A DNA stretch of 21,268 bases from Simkaniaceae bacterium (GTDB lineage: Bacteria > Chlamydiota > Chlamydiia > Chlamydiales > Simkaniaceae), in the NCBI GenBank assembly GCA_050248615.1, contig JBFWSA010000034.1, forward strand, positions 1 to 21,268. The letters run 5' to 3'. Shown in pieces: positions 8,477 through 16,875 of the stretch. The notes under the pieces were generated by a model that was not told the origin of the DNA, did no database searches, and saw only the letters and a program-made list of their open reading frames with translations. Position 1 is the stretch's first letter, and each line of letters opens with the position of its first letter. A program made the translations under genes and the position numbers.

Positions 8477-9551
8477 AAAAATATAATTTTACAGACAGGG
8501 TCAACCCATGCATAGAGAGATCTTCTGCAAAATTATCATAGCGCACGGCTGTATACTCATAGATTTTGAGCATTTGATTTTGTCGCCACCAATACATCCC
8601 TTCGTACGCAGCAGAAAGATTCAAATAATTTTGTTTTCTATTAAAATAGGACCCCCAACTCAAACCTAAGCGCCATTGTATCATGGGAACAAAGCGATGT
8701 TTATTGTCTTCTAGCTTGATGTGATCTAAAGGACTGGGAGTGACCCGTTCACAATGTTCGATATCAAAATACCCATAGAGAAGGGCTCCTGCTATTAAGG
8801 CATCAATATGCCAACCATTCCCAATAAACCATCGGGTGTTTACGCCTCCTTTTGTTCCAACTCCCCAATAATCACAGTAGTCTTTGACATGGGCTGTATT
8901 GAGGGCAAGAGATCCCCCAGTGTAGCGAATCATTTGCCTTTGATCAATCCACGCACTTTTACCCCCAATAAAGGGGCGAAAAGAGAGTTTAGCACTTACG
9001 TAATAGTGACGTCCCAACTCAACATCTAAATTATAAAAATCTAATGCATAAGAGGACTTAGCATGTGTTACTCCCGTTTGAGTGATGATTGCACCACGTA
9101 AGGGAATGAGGGTACTGGCTTGCCCCGATTTCGCTGTTCCGGAAACATGATTACTGTAATAGAGAAATGACGCACTTAAATCCCATTTATCGTAATCAAT
9201 GTTTTTTCCCCCTCCAACACGTATTCCCCAACTCCACCCAAAGTCAATATCTTTTGTTCTTCCTTTTAAGGGAACAGATGTTAACAAGGTATGATTACTA
9301 TAAGCAAAAGCAGTTCCATTGGTTCGTTGATACCAATAAAGTGGTTCTAAAAAAACAAACCACTCATCACTCATGATATCGGGATTTGCACTGGGACGAG
9401 ATTGCGAAAGCATGAGCGCATGCAATTCTTCTCTTAAATCATCAATCTCTTTTTCTAAACGTGTAATACGTGAAGAATTGGTCTCTAATGCACTTAAGAA
9501 GCCAATTTGTAAAAATAAAAAAATAAAAAAAACTTTTTTCAACAGTTGCAC
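8475..9551 (-). CDS. Lpg1974-family / chlamydial MOMP-like beta-barrel outer membrane protein (paralog 1, most divergent, short loops)
   Basis: Signal peptide. LYW, W.WG.R.G.G, D.ELGR.Y, FRP..G.K.AW.DQ, YWWRQNQ and HGLTL motifs. C-terminal Phe. Confidence 0.88.
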   Translation of the reverse strand: MQLLKKVFFIFLFLQIGFLSALETNSSRITRLEKEIDDLREELHALMLSQSRPSANPDIMSDEWFVFLEPLYWYQRTNGTAFAYSNHTLLTSVPLKGRTKDIDFGWSWGIRVGGGKNIDYDKWDLSASFLYYSNHVSGTAKSGQASTLIPLRGAIITQTGVTHAKSSYALDFYNLDVELGRHYYVSAKLSFRPFIGGKSAWIDQRQMIRYTGGSLALNTAHVKDYCDYWGVGTKGGVNTRWFIGNGWHIDALIAGALLYGYFDIEHCERVTPSPLDHIKLEDNKHRFVPMIQWRLGLSWGSYFNRKQNYLNLSAAYEGMYWWRQNQMLKIYEYTAVRYDNFAEDLSMHGLTLSVKLYF

Positions 9552-9643
9552 AAATATTACTTAGTTTGCTTGCGCTTCTGTCCTCAATATAAGGATCAAA
9601 AAGTTTTTTTAAATAATTATTTTATTTTTCAAATCATTACGAT

Positions 9644-9802
9644 GAACTTAACCGCAAAGTATACTCAAACAACTTCAAAAGTTGGATTTTTATGTGTTTT
9701 CTTGGAGATTTAGGAACTGCATGGATGATAAGACGGAAAAATGAAGGTTCTAAAGATTCTGAAAACACAAAAAGATTAGAAATAATTTATTAGGATAGCT
9801 TC
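9644..9802. repeat. Degenerate 159-bp copy of the GAACCTATCC palindromic element (element C)
   Basis: Left end GAACtTAaCCGCAAAGT is a 15/17 match to the element B terminus. Right end is GGATAGcTTC. Internal inverted pair TGTGTTTTC / GAAAACACA. Confidence 0.65.
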
Positions 9803-10118
9803 ATGAGATGAGATTTTCATTTTCACTTTCAATCTTTTCCAATCGCTCAATACGTTTTTCTAAATCTAAAATGCGATTCTCGATCGAAGGTTTTTCTCCA
9901 ATATTTTTTGATTTTTCCCCCAATAAAAGCTCATGCATTGTCACTTTGCCTAAAGTAAACTCTTCTATTTTTTTCGCAGTTTTTAATGAAGGCCGGGAAA
10001 TTCCTTTTAGAATTTTCCATAGATTAGTCGTGCTAATTTCAACGGCCTGAGCAAACGCCTTTTTTTTGAGTCCAGATTTTTTAAGATATTCTTCTAAAAG
10101 CATCAAACCAGGTTTCAT
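9801..10118 (-). CDS. Cro/XRE-family helix-turn-helix transcriptional regulator with C-terminal coiled coil
   Basis: L..YL...GL....FA..V.IS...L..I..G...PS...A..IE..T.G.VT..EL pattern, followed by RILDLEKRIERLEK. Confidence 0.88.
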   Translation of the reverse strand: MKPGLMLLEEYLKKSGLKKKAFAQAVEISTTNLWKILKGISRPSLKTAKKIEEFTLGKVTMHELLLGEKSKNIGEKPSIENRILDLEKRIERLEKIESENENLIS

Positions 10119-10121
10119 TTG

Positions 10122-10169
10122 TGAACCTATCTCGAATGAAAATAAATCCTTTAACTCGTGATAGGTTCA
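10122..10169. repeat. Short internally deleted copy of the GAACCTATC element (element E), hairpin over the HTH RBS
   Basis: TGAACCTATCtCGA (10122-10135) pairs with TCGtGATAGGTTCA (10156-10169), 20-nt loop. On the minus strand AAGGATTTATTT sits at the same offset as in element A. Confidence 0.8.
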
Positions 10170-10315
10170 TGGTTAAGAAACAAAATTCTATTCTATGATT
10201 TCATTAACATTCAAACTTTTTTATAAAATTTCTGAATACTTAATGAAATAAGAAATATAAGATAACAAAATAGTTAACTTTGGTTAATCAAAAGGACTCA
10301 ACAGGGAGAAAGGAT

Positions 10316-10479
10316 GAACCTATCCAGTATTTAAGGATTTATTTGATTTCTTCGATTTTTGAACAGATTTTCCATTTTCATTTTGATCACATTGTCCATG
10401 AGACAAGAGGTCAAAATGAAAATGGAAAAGATGCCAAAAAGCGCGGAATAAAAAAATGTCTTAAATATTGGATAGGTTC
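10316..10479 (+). repeat. 164-bp rod-like palindromic element (element A)
   Basis: Terminal arms 10314-10335 and 10460-10481 are 21/22 complementary. Inner arms TTTTCCATTTTCATTTTGAtC / GgTCAAAATGAAAATGGAAAA are 20/21. Apex TTGTC-catga-GACAA. Confidence 0.9.
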
Positions 10480-10500
10480 ATAGGTCTCGAAAAGGCTGAA

Positions 10501-10530
10501 ATAAAAAAGGCGAGACTATAGTCTCGCCTT
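10501..10530 (-). terminator. Rho-independent terminator of the porin cluster
   Basis: Perfect palindrome AAGGCGAGACTATAGTCTCGCCTT (10507-10530) running into a U tract on the minus strand, 30 nt after the stop at 10561. Confidence 0.88.
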
Positions 10531-10560
10531 ATAGATAAAAGGTGTCCCAGCTAGAGTTGC

Positions 10561-11730
10561 TTAGAAATCCCACTGAAAATTGAGGGTCACACCATGCATA
10601 CTCACATCTTCAGAATACCTTTCATAAGTTGAAGCTGTAACAATGTTGGTTTCATCTATTTGTAGCATTTGGTTTTGTCTCCACCAATACTCAACTTCAA
10701 ACCCCAGCCCAATCCCAAGGTGCTGTTTATTGTTATTGATATAGGTATCATAGCGCAGACCCAACTGCATCTGTGCTGTGGGAGAGAACGCATGACGGTT
10801 TGCATCTAACTTAATTTTGTTATTGATAAAACCACTATATTTCTCTTCATGTTCAACATCAAAGTATCCGAAAAGGAGGGCTCCATTAAGGTTACCAAAA
10901 ATACTGAACCCATACCCTAAATACCACTTGGTATCAAATCCAACACGAGGACCAATCCCCCAGAAATCACATTCATCATCGATATGAACGGTATTTCCAC
11001 TGAGACCAACTACCGTAGGATTAACGGCAGCATCAGGGCTTCCACCCGTGTAGCGAATAATTTGCTCTTGATTCATCCAAGCAGCCTTCATCCCCCAGTG
11101 AGGGCGAAATGAGAGCTTACCGCTAATGTAGTAAGCCCGTCCCAGTTCAAGATCTACGGCATCATAGTTAAAGTCATACTGAGACTTTGCACTCGTACAA
11201 TAGAGGAACTGAGGTACCGGAGGAATCGCAGGATTCGTTGGATCACTGGTAATATTTGAGCTTCCTCGTAGAGGAATAATCGAGCTATTCACTCCCGAAC
11301 GGGTAGAATTGCTTCCATTGGTATCAAACCATGTATAGACCGCTCTGATATCCCAATTATCATGGACAAAATTATAACCAAGTCCTATACGGAGTCCCCA
11401 ATCCCAGTCGAAATCCATGTCTTTGGTTCGCCCTCTAATGGGAAGGGAAGCTGTTGGGTCCTGATCTGTATATGCAAACTCTGTCCCACCGACACGGGTT
11501 TGCCAATAAAGGATGTCGGCTAAAATAAATAAGCCTTCTCCATCAACTTCAGCGCGTGCTGCAGCTGTTTTTGCACCATATCTCCCTGTTGCCGTCTCTG
11601 TCCGGATGTGAGTCATTTTATTTTCTAACTCTGTCACCCTAGAGTCCATATCCATAGCAGCAAATGCCATGGATGAAACCATAAGGGAAGGTATGGCCAT
11701 TGAGATCTTTCTCAATATATTTGTTTTCAT
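10561..11730 (-). CDS. Lpg1974-family / MOMP-like outer membrane porin (paralog 2)
   Basis: GAGGT RBS, signal peptide ending AFA, all family motifs, ends WDF. Confidence 0.9.
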   Translation of the reverse strand: MKTNILRKISMAIPSLMVSSMAFAAMDMDSRVTELENKMTHIRTETATGRYGAKTAAARAEVDGEGLFILADILYWQTRVGGTEFAYTDQDPTASLPIRGRTKDMDFDWDWGLRIGLGYNFVHDNWDIRAVYTWFDTNGSNSTRSGVNSSIIPLRGSSNITSDPTNPAIPPVPQFLYCTSAKSQYDFNYDAVDLELGRAYYISGKLSFRPHWGMKAAWMNQEQIIRYTGGSPDAAVNPTVVGLSGNTVHIDDECDFWGIGPRVGFDTKWYLGYGFSIFGNLNGALLFGYFDVEHEEKYSGFINNKIKLDANRHAFSPTAQMQLGLRYDTYINNNKQHLGIGLGFEVEYWWRQNQMLQIDETNIVTASTYERYSEDVSMHGVTLNFQWDF

Positions 11731-11771
11731 TTTTTCTTACCTCATGGGTTTATTTGTTAACTTTTTTGACC

Positions 11772-12926
11772 TTAGAAATCCCACGTGAAGTCTAAAGTCA
11801 AGCCATGCATACTGATGTCCTCAGAATACCTCTCATATTGAAGCTGTTCTGAATCATCAATTTTTAGTGTTTGGTTTTGTCTCCACCAATACTCAACTTC
11901 AAAGCCTAAACCAATCCCGATGTGTTGCTTGTGATCAAACACATAGGTATCGTACCGAAGACCGAGTTGCATTTGAGCCGTTGGCGTGAATGCATGGCGA
12001 TTTGCATGAATTTTTATCTGATTGTTGATATATGCACTGTAGTGCTCTTCATGATCCACATTAAAATAGCCGAAAAGAAGGGCTCCCGCTAAATTCCCAA
12101 AAATACTAAATCCATACCCGAGAGACCATTGCGTATCGAAGCCCAGACGGGGTCCTACTCCCCAGAAATCGGATTCATCTTTCACATGAACGGTATTGCC
12201 TGATAAACCGACTTCAATGGGGGTTCCATCAAAATTGACTTGAGGAACTCCTCCTGTATAGCGAACAAGCTGCTCCAAATCTATCCAAGCTGTTTTCACA
12301 CCCCAATGAGGGCGGAAAGCAAGATCCCCACTAATAAAGTAGGCGCGCCCCATCTCCAAATCAACTGCATCATAGTTAAAGTCGAACTGAGATTTGGCAC
12401 TCGTGCAGTAGAGGAAAAGAGGGTTCGTATCATTCGGTCTACGTGTGATTGTGGAGCTTCCTTTTAATGGAATAATAGAGTTATTTGATCCCACGCGAGT
12501 GGAAGCGCTTCCATTGGACTCAAACCAGGTATATTGGGCTCTCACATCCCAGTTATCATGAGTAAAGTGACGCCCCAGACCGATACGGAGTCCCCAATCC
12601 CAATCGAAATCCATATCTTTGGTACGCCCTCTTAAGGGTAGAGTTGCTGTTGTACTTTGATCGGTATAAGCATATTCCGTGCCACCGACTCTAGGTTGCC
12701 AATAAAGGATATCAAATAGAATGAACCATCCTTGCCCATCCACCTGAACTTCAGCAGTCGCCGTTTGAGCAGAGTAAGTCCCCACAGCTGTTTCAGTACG
12801 TACCTGCCCCATTTTATTTTCCAGCGCTGTCAAACGATCTTCCGTTTCTAGGTGGGCAAAAGCTACAGATCCTATTCCTAATAAAGGAAGAGCTCTCAAA
12901 ACAACCTTTAGTGCACTATTTTTCAC
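11772..12926 (-). CDS. Lpg1974-family / MOMP-like outer membrane porin (paralog 3), GTG start
   Basis: GAGGT RBS 7 nt before GTG. Signal peptide ending AFA. Ends WDF. Confidence 0.9.
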   Translation of the reverse strand: MKNSALKVVLRALPLLGIGSVAFAHLETEDRLTALENKMGQVRTETAVGTYSAQTATAEVQVDGQGWFILFDILYWQPRVGGTEYAYTDQSTTATLPLRGRTKDMDFDWDWGLRIGLGRHFTHDNWDVRAQYTWFESNGSASTRVGSNNSIIPLKGSSTITRRPNDTNPLFLYCTSAKSQFDFNYDAVDLEMGRAYFISGDLAFRPHWGVKTAWIDLEQLVRYTGGVPQVNFDGTPIEVGLSGNTVHVKDESDFWGVGPRLGFDTQWSLGYGFSIFGNLAGALLFGYFNVDHEEHYSAYINNQIKIHANRHAFTPTAQMQLGLRYDTYVFDHKQHIGIGLGFEVEYWWRQNQTLKIDDSEQLQYERYSEDISMHGLTLDFTWDF

Positions 12927-12951
12927 CGCATTTACCTCTTCGGGTTACCCT

Positions 12952-14133
12952 TTAAAAATCCCATTTTAAATCAAACGTGACCCCATGCATGCTGAGATCT
13001 TCTGCATACCTTTCATACTGTGTGTTAAAGGAATCATCTACTTTTAGCATTTGATTCTGTCTCCACCAATACTGCGCTTCAAACCCGAGCCCTATGCCAA
13101 TATGTTGTTTGCCGTTATAGACATAGGTATCATAGTGGAGACCCAATTGCATTTGAGCTGTTGGAGAAAAAGCATGACGATTGGCATCCAGATCGATCGA
13201 GTTGTTAATATAAGCGCTATATCTTTCTTCATGCTCTACATCAAAGTATCCGTACAGAAGGGCTCCCGCTAGGTTTCCAAAAAAACTAAATCCATTCCCG
13301 AGATACCACTTGGTGTTAAAGCCAACGCGTGGACCCACTCCCCAGAAATGACAGGTATCTTCTATATGAACCGTATTTCCATTTAGCCCCACAATTTCAG
13401 GAACATTGGCCCCAGGAACTGTTCCAGGGCTTCCTCCCGTATAACGGACAATTTGCTCTAAGTCAAACCAGGCCGCTTTTACTCCATAGTGAGGACGGAA
13501 AGAGAGCTTTCCACTAATAAAGTAAGCCCGTCCTAACTCTAGATCGATCGCATCGTAGCTGAAATTAAATTGAGACTTTGCACTCAATGCAAATATGAAA
13601 AAGGGTGTACGCAGAGCGGGATCAAACGTGATCCTTGATGATCCTCTTAAGGGAATCACAGAGTCATTCTGGTTTTTGCGCGTGGAATCACTCCCATTGG
13701 TATCAAACCAAGTATACTCTCCATTTAGGATCCAGTTATCATGCTGAAAATTGTATCCCAGCCCAATACGGAGTCCCCAATCCCAATCGAAACTCATATC
13801 TTTGGTACGCCCACTGATCGGAAGGGCATTACCCACTCCAGCACCTGCATTGGAAGGTGTAGGACTCCCTATGTCTGTATAAGCATACTCTGTCCCCCCT
13901 ACTCTGGCTTGCCAATAGAGAATCCCAAAGGTAATAAACCATCCTTGTCCATCGACTTCTGGACGCGCTGTTGCCGTTTTGGGAGAATAGGTATCTTCAG
14001 CCGTGCGTACACGAAGTTGACTCATTTGATGTTCTAGCTCCGCCACTCGCGCTTCTTCATTCACATATCCTAATAGAGCTGTGGAAAGCCCCATCATCAC
14101 CAAAAATTTTAACGTACTGCTTTTCTTCAGCAT
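12952..14133 (-). CDS. Lpg1974-family / MOMP-like outer membrane porin (paralog 4)
   Basis: Likely start is the ATG at 14133, overlapping the upstream stop (TAATG), rather than 14145. Family motifs present. Ends WDF. Confidence 0.88.
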   Translation of the reverse strand: MLKKSSTLKFLVMMGLSTALLGYVNEEARVAELEHQMSQLRVRTAEDTYSPKTATARPEVDGQGWFITFGILYWQARVGGTEYAYTDIGSPTPSNAGAGVGNALPISGRTKDMSFDWDWGLRIGLGYNFQHDNWILNGEYTWFDTNGSDSTRKNQNDSVIPLRGSSRITFDPALRTPFFIFALSAKSQFNFSYDAIDLELGRAYFISGKLSFRPHYGVKAAWFDLEQIVRYTGGSPGTVPGANVPEIVGLNGNTVHIEDTCHFWGVGPRVGFNTKWYLGNGFSFFGNLAGALLYGYFDVEHEERYSAYINNSIDLDANRHAFSPTAQMQLGLHYDTYVYNGKQHIGIGLGFEAQYWWRQNQMLKVDDSFNTQYERYAEDLSMHGVTFDLKWDF

Positions 14134-15281
14134 TAGAAATCCCATTTAATATCTAGCGTTAACCCATACATATTGATGTCTTCAGAATACCTCTCATATT
14201 TGAAAACTTGGGCATCGTCAACCTTTAGCATTTGGTTTTGTCGCCACCAGTACTGCACTTCAAGCCCGAGCCCAATGCCAATATGGTGCTTATCCTGGTG
14301 GAAATAAGTATCATAGTGGAGACCCAGTTGGAGTTGCATGGTTGGAGAAAAAGCATTTCTATTCGCATTCAAAGTAATATGACTCCTTTCGTTTTGGCTC
14401 CACTTTTCTCTATGTTTGACATCAAAAAAGCCATAAAGAAGTGCAACCGCTCCATTACCAAAAATGCTCCAGCCACTTCCTAAATGCCACTGAGTATCCA
14501 TACCCACTCTTGGACCTGCTCCCGAAAAATCACATGAGTCTTTTACGTGCACTGTGGTTCCTTCTAGTCCTAATACCACTGGAAGACCATCATTGTCCAA
14601 TACTGAACCCGAGCCCGTATAACGAGTCGTTTGCTTTTGATCAAACCACGCAGCTTTCACTCCGTAGAAAGGGCGCATCGAAAACCACGCGCTCAAGAAA
14701 TAGGCACGTCCCAACTCTACATCGACCCCTTGATAATCGAAGTTGTACTGCGATTTTGCACTCGAGCAAAACAAAAAAATCGGAGGTGTGTTGGCATTGG
14801 GAGCAGCTCCTGGAACGGTAATCGTCGCCGTTCCGCGTAAGGGAACTAATGAACTACTCTGTCCTGCCCTTGAAGAATCACTCCCACTGGAATCAAACCA
14901 TGTGTATTGGGCTCTCACATCCCAGCTGTCAAAATCAAAATTATATCCTAAGCCAAAGCGCAATCCCCAGTCCCATTTAAAATCGATCGATTTTGTTCGC
15001 CCTTTAATTGGCAAACTCGCCGTAGGGTCTTGATCGGAATAAGCATATTCTGTCCCACCAACTTTCGCATGCCAATAGAGAATATCTGCTAAAATAAACC
15101 ACCCTTTACCCCCTACGTCGGGACGAGCCGTTGCTGTTCTAGCGCCATAGGTTCCCATTGAAGTCTCTGTCCGCACACACTGCATCTGGGTTTCCAGCTC
15201 TGTAACACGAGCGTCCATATCTTCAGCAGCAAATCCCATGCTGGTGACTAGAGTACTTATTGCTATCCAAATCTTCTTCAA
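14133..15281 (-). CDS. Lpg1974-family / MOMP-like outer membrane porin (paralog 5), TTG start
   Basis: GAGGT lies 6 nt before the TTG at 15281 (MKKIWIAISTLVTSMGFA). The track start at 15308 falls in the terminator tail. Ends WDF. Confidence 0.88.
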   Translation of the reverse strand: MKKIWIAISTLVTSMGFAAEDMDARVTELETQMQCVRTETSMGTYGARTATARPDVGGKGWFILADILYWHAKVGGTEYAYSDQDPTASLPIKGRTKSIDFKWDWGLRFGLGYNFDFDSWDVRAQYTWFDSSGSDSSRAGQSSSLVPLRGTATITVPGAAPNANTPPIFLFCSSAKSQYNFDYQGVDVELGRAYFLSAWFSMRPFYGVKAAWFDQKQTTRYTGSGSVLDNDGLPVVLGLEGTTVHVKDSCDFSGAGPRVGMDTQWHLGSGWSIFGNGAVALLYGFFDVKHREKWSQNERSHITLNANRNAFSPTMQLQLGLHYDTYFHQDKHHIGIGLGLEVQYWWRQNQMLKVDDAQVFKYERYSEDINMYGLTLDIKWDF

Positions 15282-15306
15282 CTTCCTACCTCGAGGATTT
15301 TTTTTC

Positions 15307-15347
15307 AAAAAAAAAGGGCGAGAGTCTACTCTAGTCCCCCGCCCTTT
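15307..15347 (-). terminator. Rho-independent terminator after porin paralog 6
   Basis: Minus strand AAAGGGCGGGG...TCTCGCCCTTT stem with G-U pairs, ending in a run of 9 U. Confidence 0.85.
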
Positions 15348-15374
15348 GTAGGTATCTGTTACGCAGTGTTTAGT

Positions 15375-16526
15375 CTAGAAGTCCCATTTGAAATCTAGAG
15401 TCACACCGTGCATGCTGACATCTTCAGAGTATCTCTCATACTTGAGAACCTGAGAGTCATCAATCTTCAGCATTTGGTTTTGTCTCCACCAATAATTGGC
15501 TTCAAAACCGAGGCCTATGCCTAAATGCTGTTTGTTATTATGGATGTACCTGTCATAACGTAAGCCTAACTGCATCTGCACCGTAGGTGAAAATGCGTGG
15601 CGACTTGCATGGATCTTAATTCTCTGATCCACTGCGTTACTCCAGCGCTCTTTATGGTCTACATCAAAGTAGCCAAAAAGCAGCGCCCCAGCCACGTTAC
15701 CAAAAATGCTAAATCCATTACCTAGGTGCCATTGAGAGTCTACACCCACACGTGGGCCCATTCCCCAAAAGTCACAATCATCTTTGACATGAACAGTCGA
15801 TCCTTCTAGACCTAGCGATACAACCTGACCATTCACAACCTGTGTTGGTCCACCCGTGTAACGCGCAATCTGTTCAAGATCGAGCCAAGCTGTCTTTAAA
15901 CCCCAAAAAGGGCGGAAAGAGAGCTTTCCACTGATAAAATAGGCACGTCCCAAGTCCAGATCTATCGACTGAAAGTCGAAGTCAAACTGTGACTTTCCAC
16001 TCGCACAATACAAAAATGGAGCATTGTTATTTGCTGCAATTTCTGTAATGCTTGAGGACCCCCGAAGAGGCACCACTGAGCTATTTTGCCCAGGACGCGT
16101 CGAATCACTACCATTCGAATCAAAGTATGTGTATTGGGCTTGCAGGTCCCAACCATCATGTTCAAAGTTGTATCCTAAACCAACCCTAAAGCCCCAATCC
16201 CACTCAAAGTCGATATCTTTTGATCGACCACTGATTGGAAGAGACGCAACTGGATCTTGGTCAGTATACGCATATTCTGTCCCACCAACTTTAGCGTGCC
16301 AATAAAGCACGTCAGCGGTGAAGAACCAGCCATACCCGTCCACTTCTGCACGAGCTGTAGCTGTATTCGCACCATAAGTCCCCATAGCGGTCTCGGTACG
16401 CACTTGCGACATTTGATTTTCAAGCTGCGTTACACGAGAGTCCATATCTATTGCAGCAAAAGCTGCTGAAGATGTCACAAGGGAGGCAATGGCTATTGAG
16501 AGTAATCTCAAATTGCTCACTTTCAT
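15375..16526 (-). CDS. Lpg1974-family / MOMP-like outer membrane porin (paralog 6, candidate major porin)
   Basis: GAGGTAAG RBS, signal peptide ending AFA, ends WDF. Has its own ~300-nt upstream region and its own terminator. Confidence 0.9.
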   Translation of the reverse strand: MKVSNLRLLSIAIASLVTSSAAFAAIDMDSRVTQLENQMSQVRTETAMGTYGANTATARAEVDGYGWFFTADVLYWHAKVGGTEYAYTDQDPVASLPISGRSKDIDFEWDWGFRVGLGYNFEHDGWDLQAQYTYFDSNGSDSTRPGQNSSVVPLRGSSSITEIAANNNAPFLYCASGKSQFDFDFQSIDLDLGRAYFISGKLSFRPFWGLKTAWLDLEQIARYTGGPTQVVNGQVVSLGLEGSTVHVKDDCDFWGMGPRVGVDSQWHLGNGFSIFGNVAGALLFGYFDVDHKERWSNAVDQRIKIHASRHAFSPTVQMQLGLRYDRYIHNNKQHLGIGLGFEANYWWRQNQMLKIDDSQVLKYERYSEDVSMHGVTLDFKWDF

Positions 16527-16822
16527 CTTCTTACCTCATAAGAATTATTTATGTTATTTCTAAACTTGCTTCAATTTTTTCTATATAGGATAGCAACTAA
16601 ATAAATGAAGCAATTTTTAATACTCAATTATGAACATTACTAATTGCGCTTCGTTATTATATTGACTCTCTTGCAGAGAGCCGCAAGTCTTACCCGGGGA
16701 AGTCGGCACCCTAGAGCATAGACCTCCTCCACCCCCATAAGTACTGAATACTTTATTTAATTGTACAGGGTTTTATTTACGAATAAGAAATTAAAATGAA
16801 AAAGAAAGAAAATAAATTAAAT

Positions 16823-16852
16823 AAAAAAAGACCCTGATTACAGGGTCTTTTT
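16823..16852. terminator. Intrinsic terminator after porin paralog 7, potentially bidirectional
   Basis: AAAAAGACCCTG-atta-CAGGGTCTTTTT with A and T tracts on the two sides. Confidence 0.88.
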
Positions 16853-16875
16853 GTAGGTCGAAAGATGTCAGGGAT

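Noticed and set aside
9801..10118. Prophage remnant or toxin-antitoxin module
   Set aside because: No phage genes, integrase or adjacent toxin ORF.
10316..10479. 6S RNA (rod-like fold, similar size, ygfA in the window)
   Set aside because: Multiple copies with shared terminal repeats, no 6S sequence motifs that I recognise, and 9 kb from ygfA. An Rfam search would settle it.
9644..10481. CRISPR array from recurring GAACCTATC motifs
   Set aside because: Motifs alternate in orientation, are short and irregularly spaced, and there are no cas genes.
10280..10483. 67-aa ORF on the plus strand
   Set aside because: TTG start without a clear RBS and almost wholly inside palindromic element A. Likely incidental.
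16700..16736. tmRNA or tRNA 5' end (GGGGGTG on the minus strand)
   Set aside because: No following GGnTTCGA motif, T-arm or CCA end.
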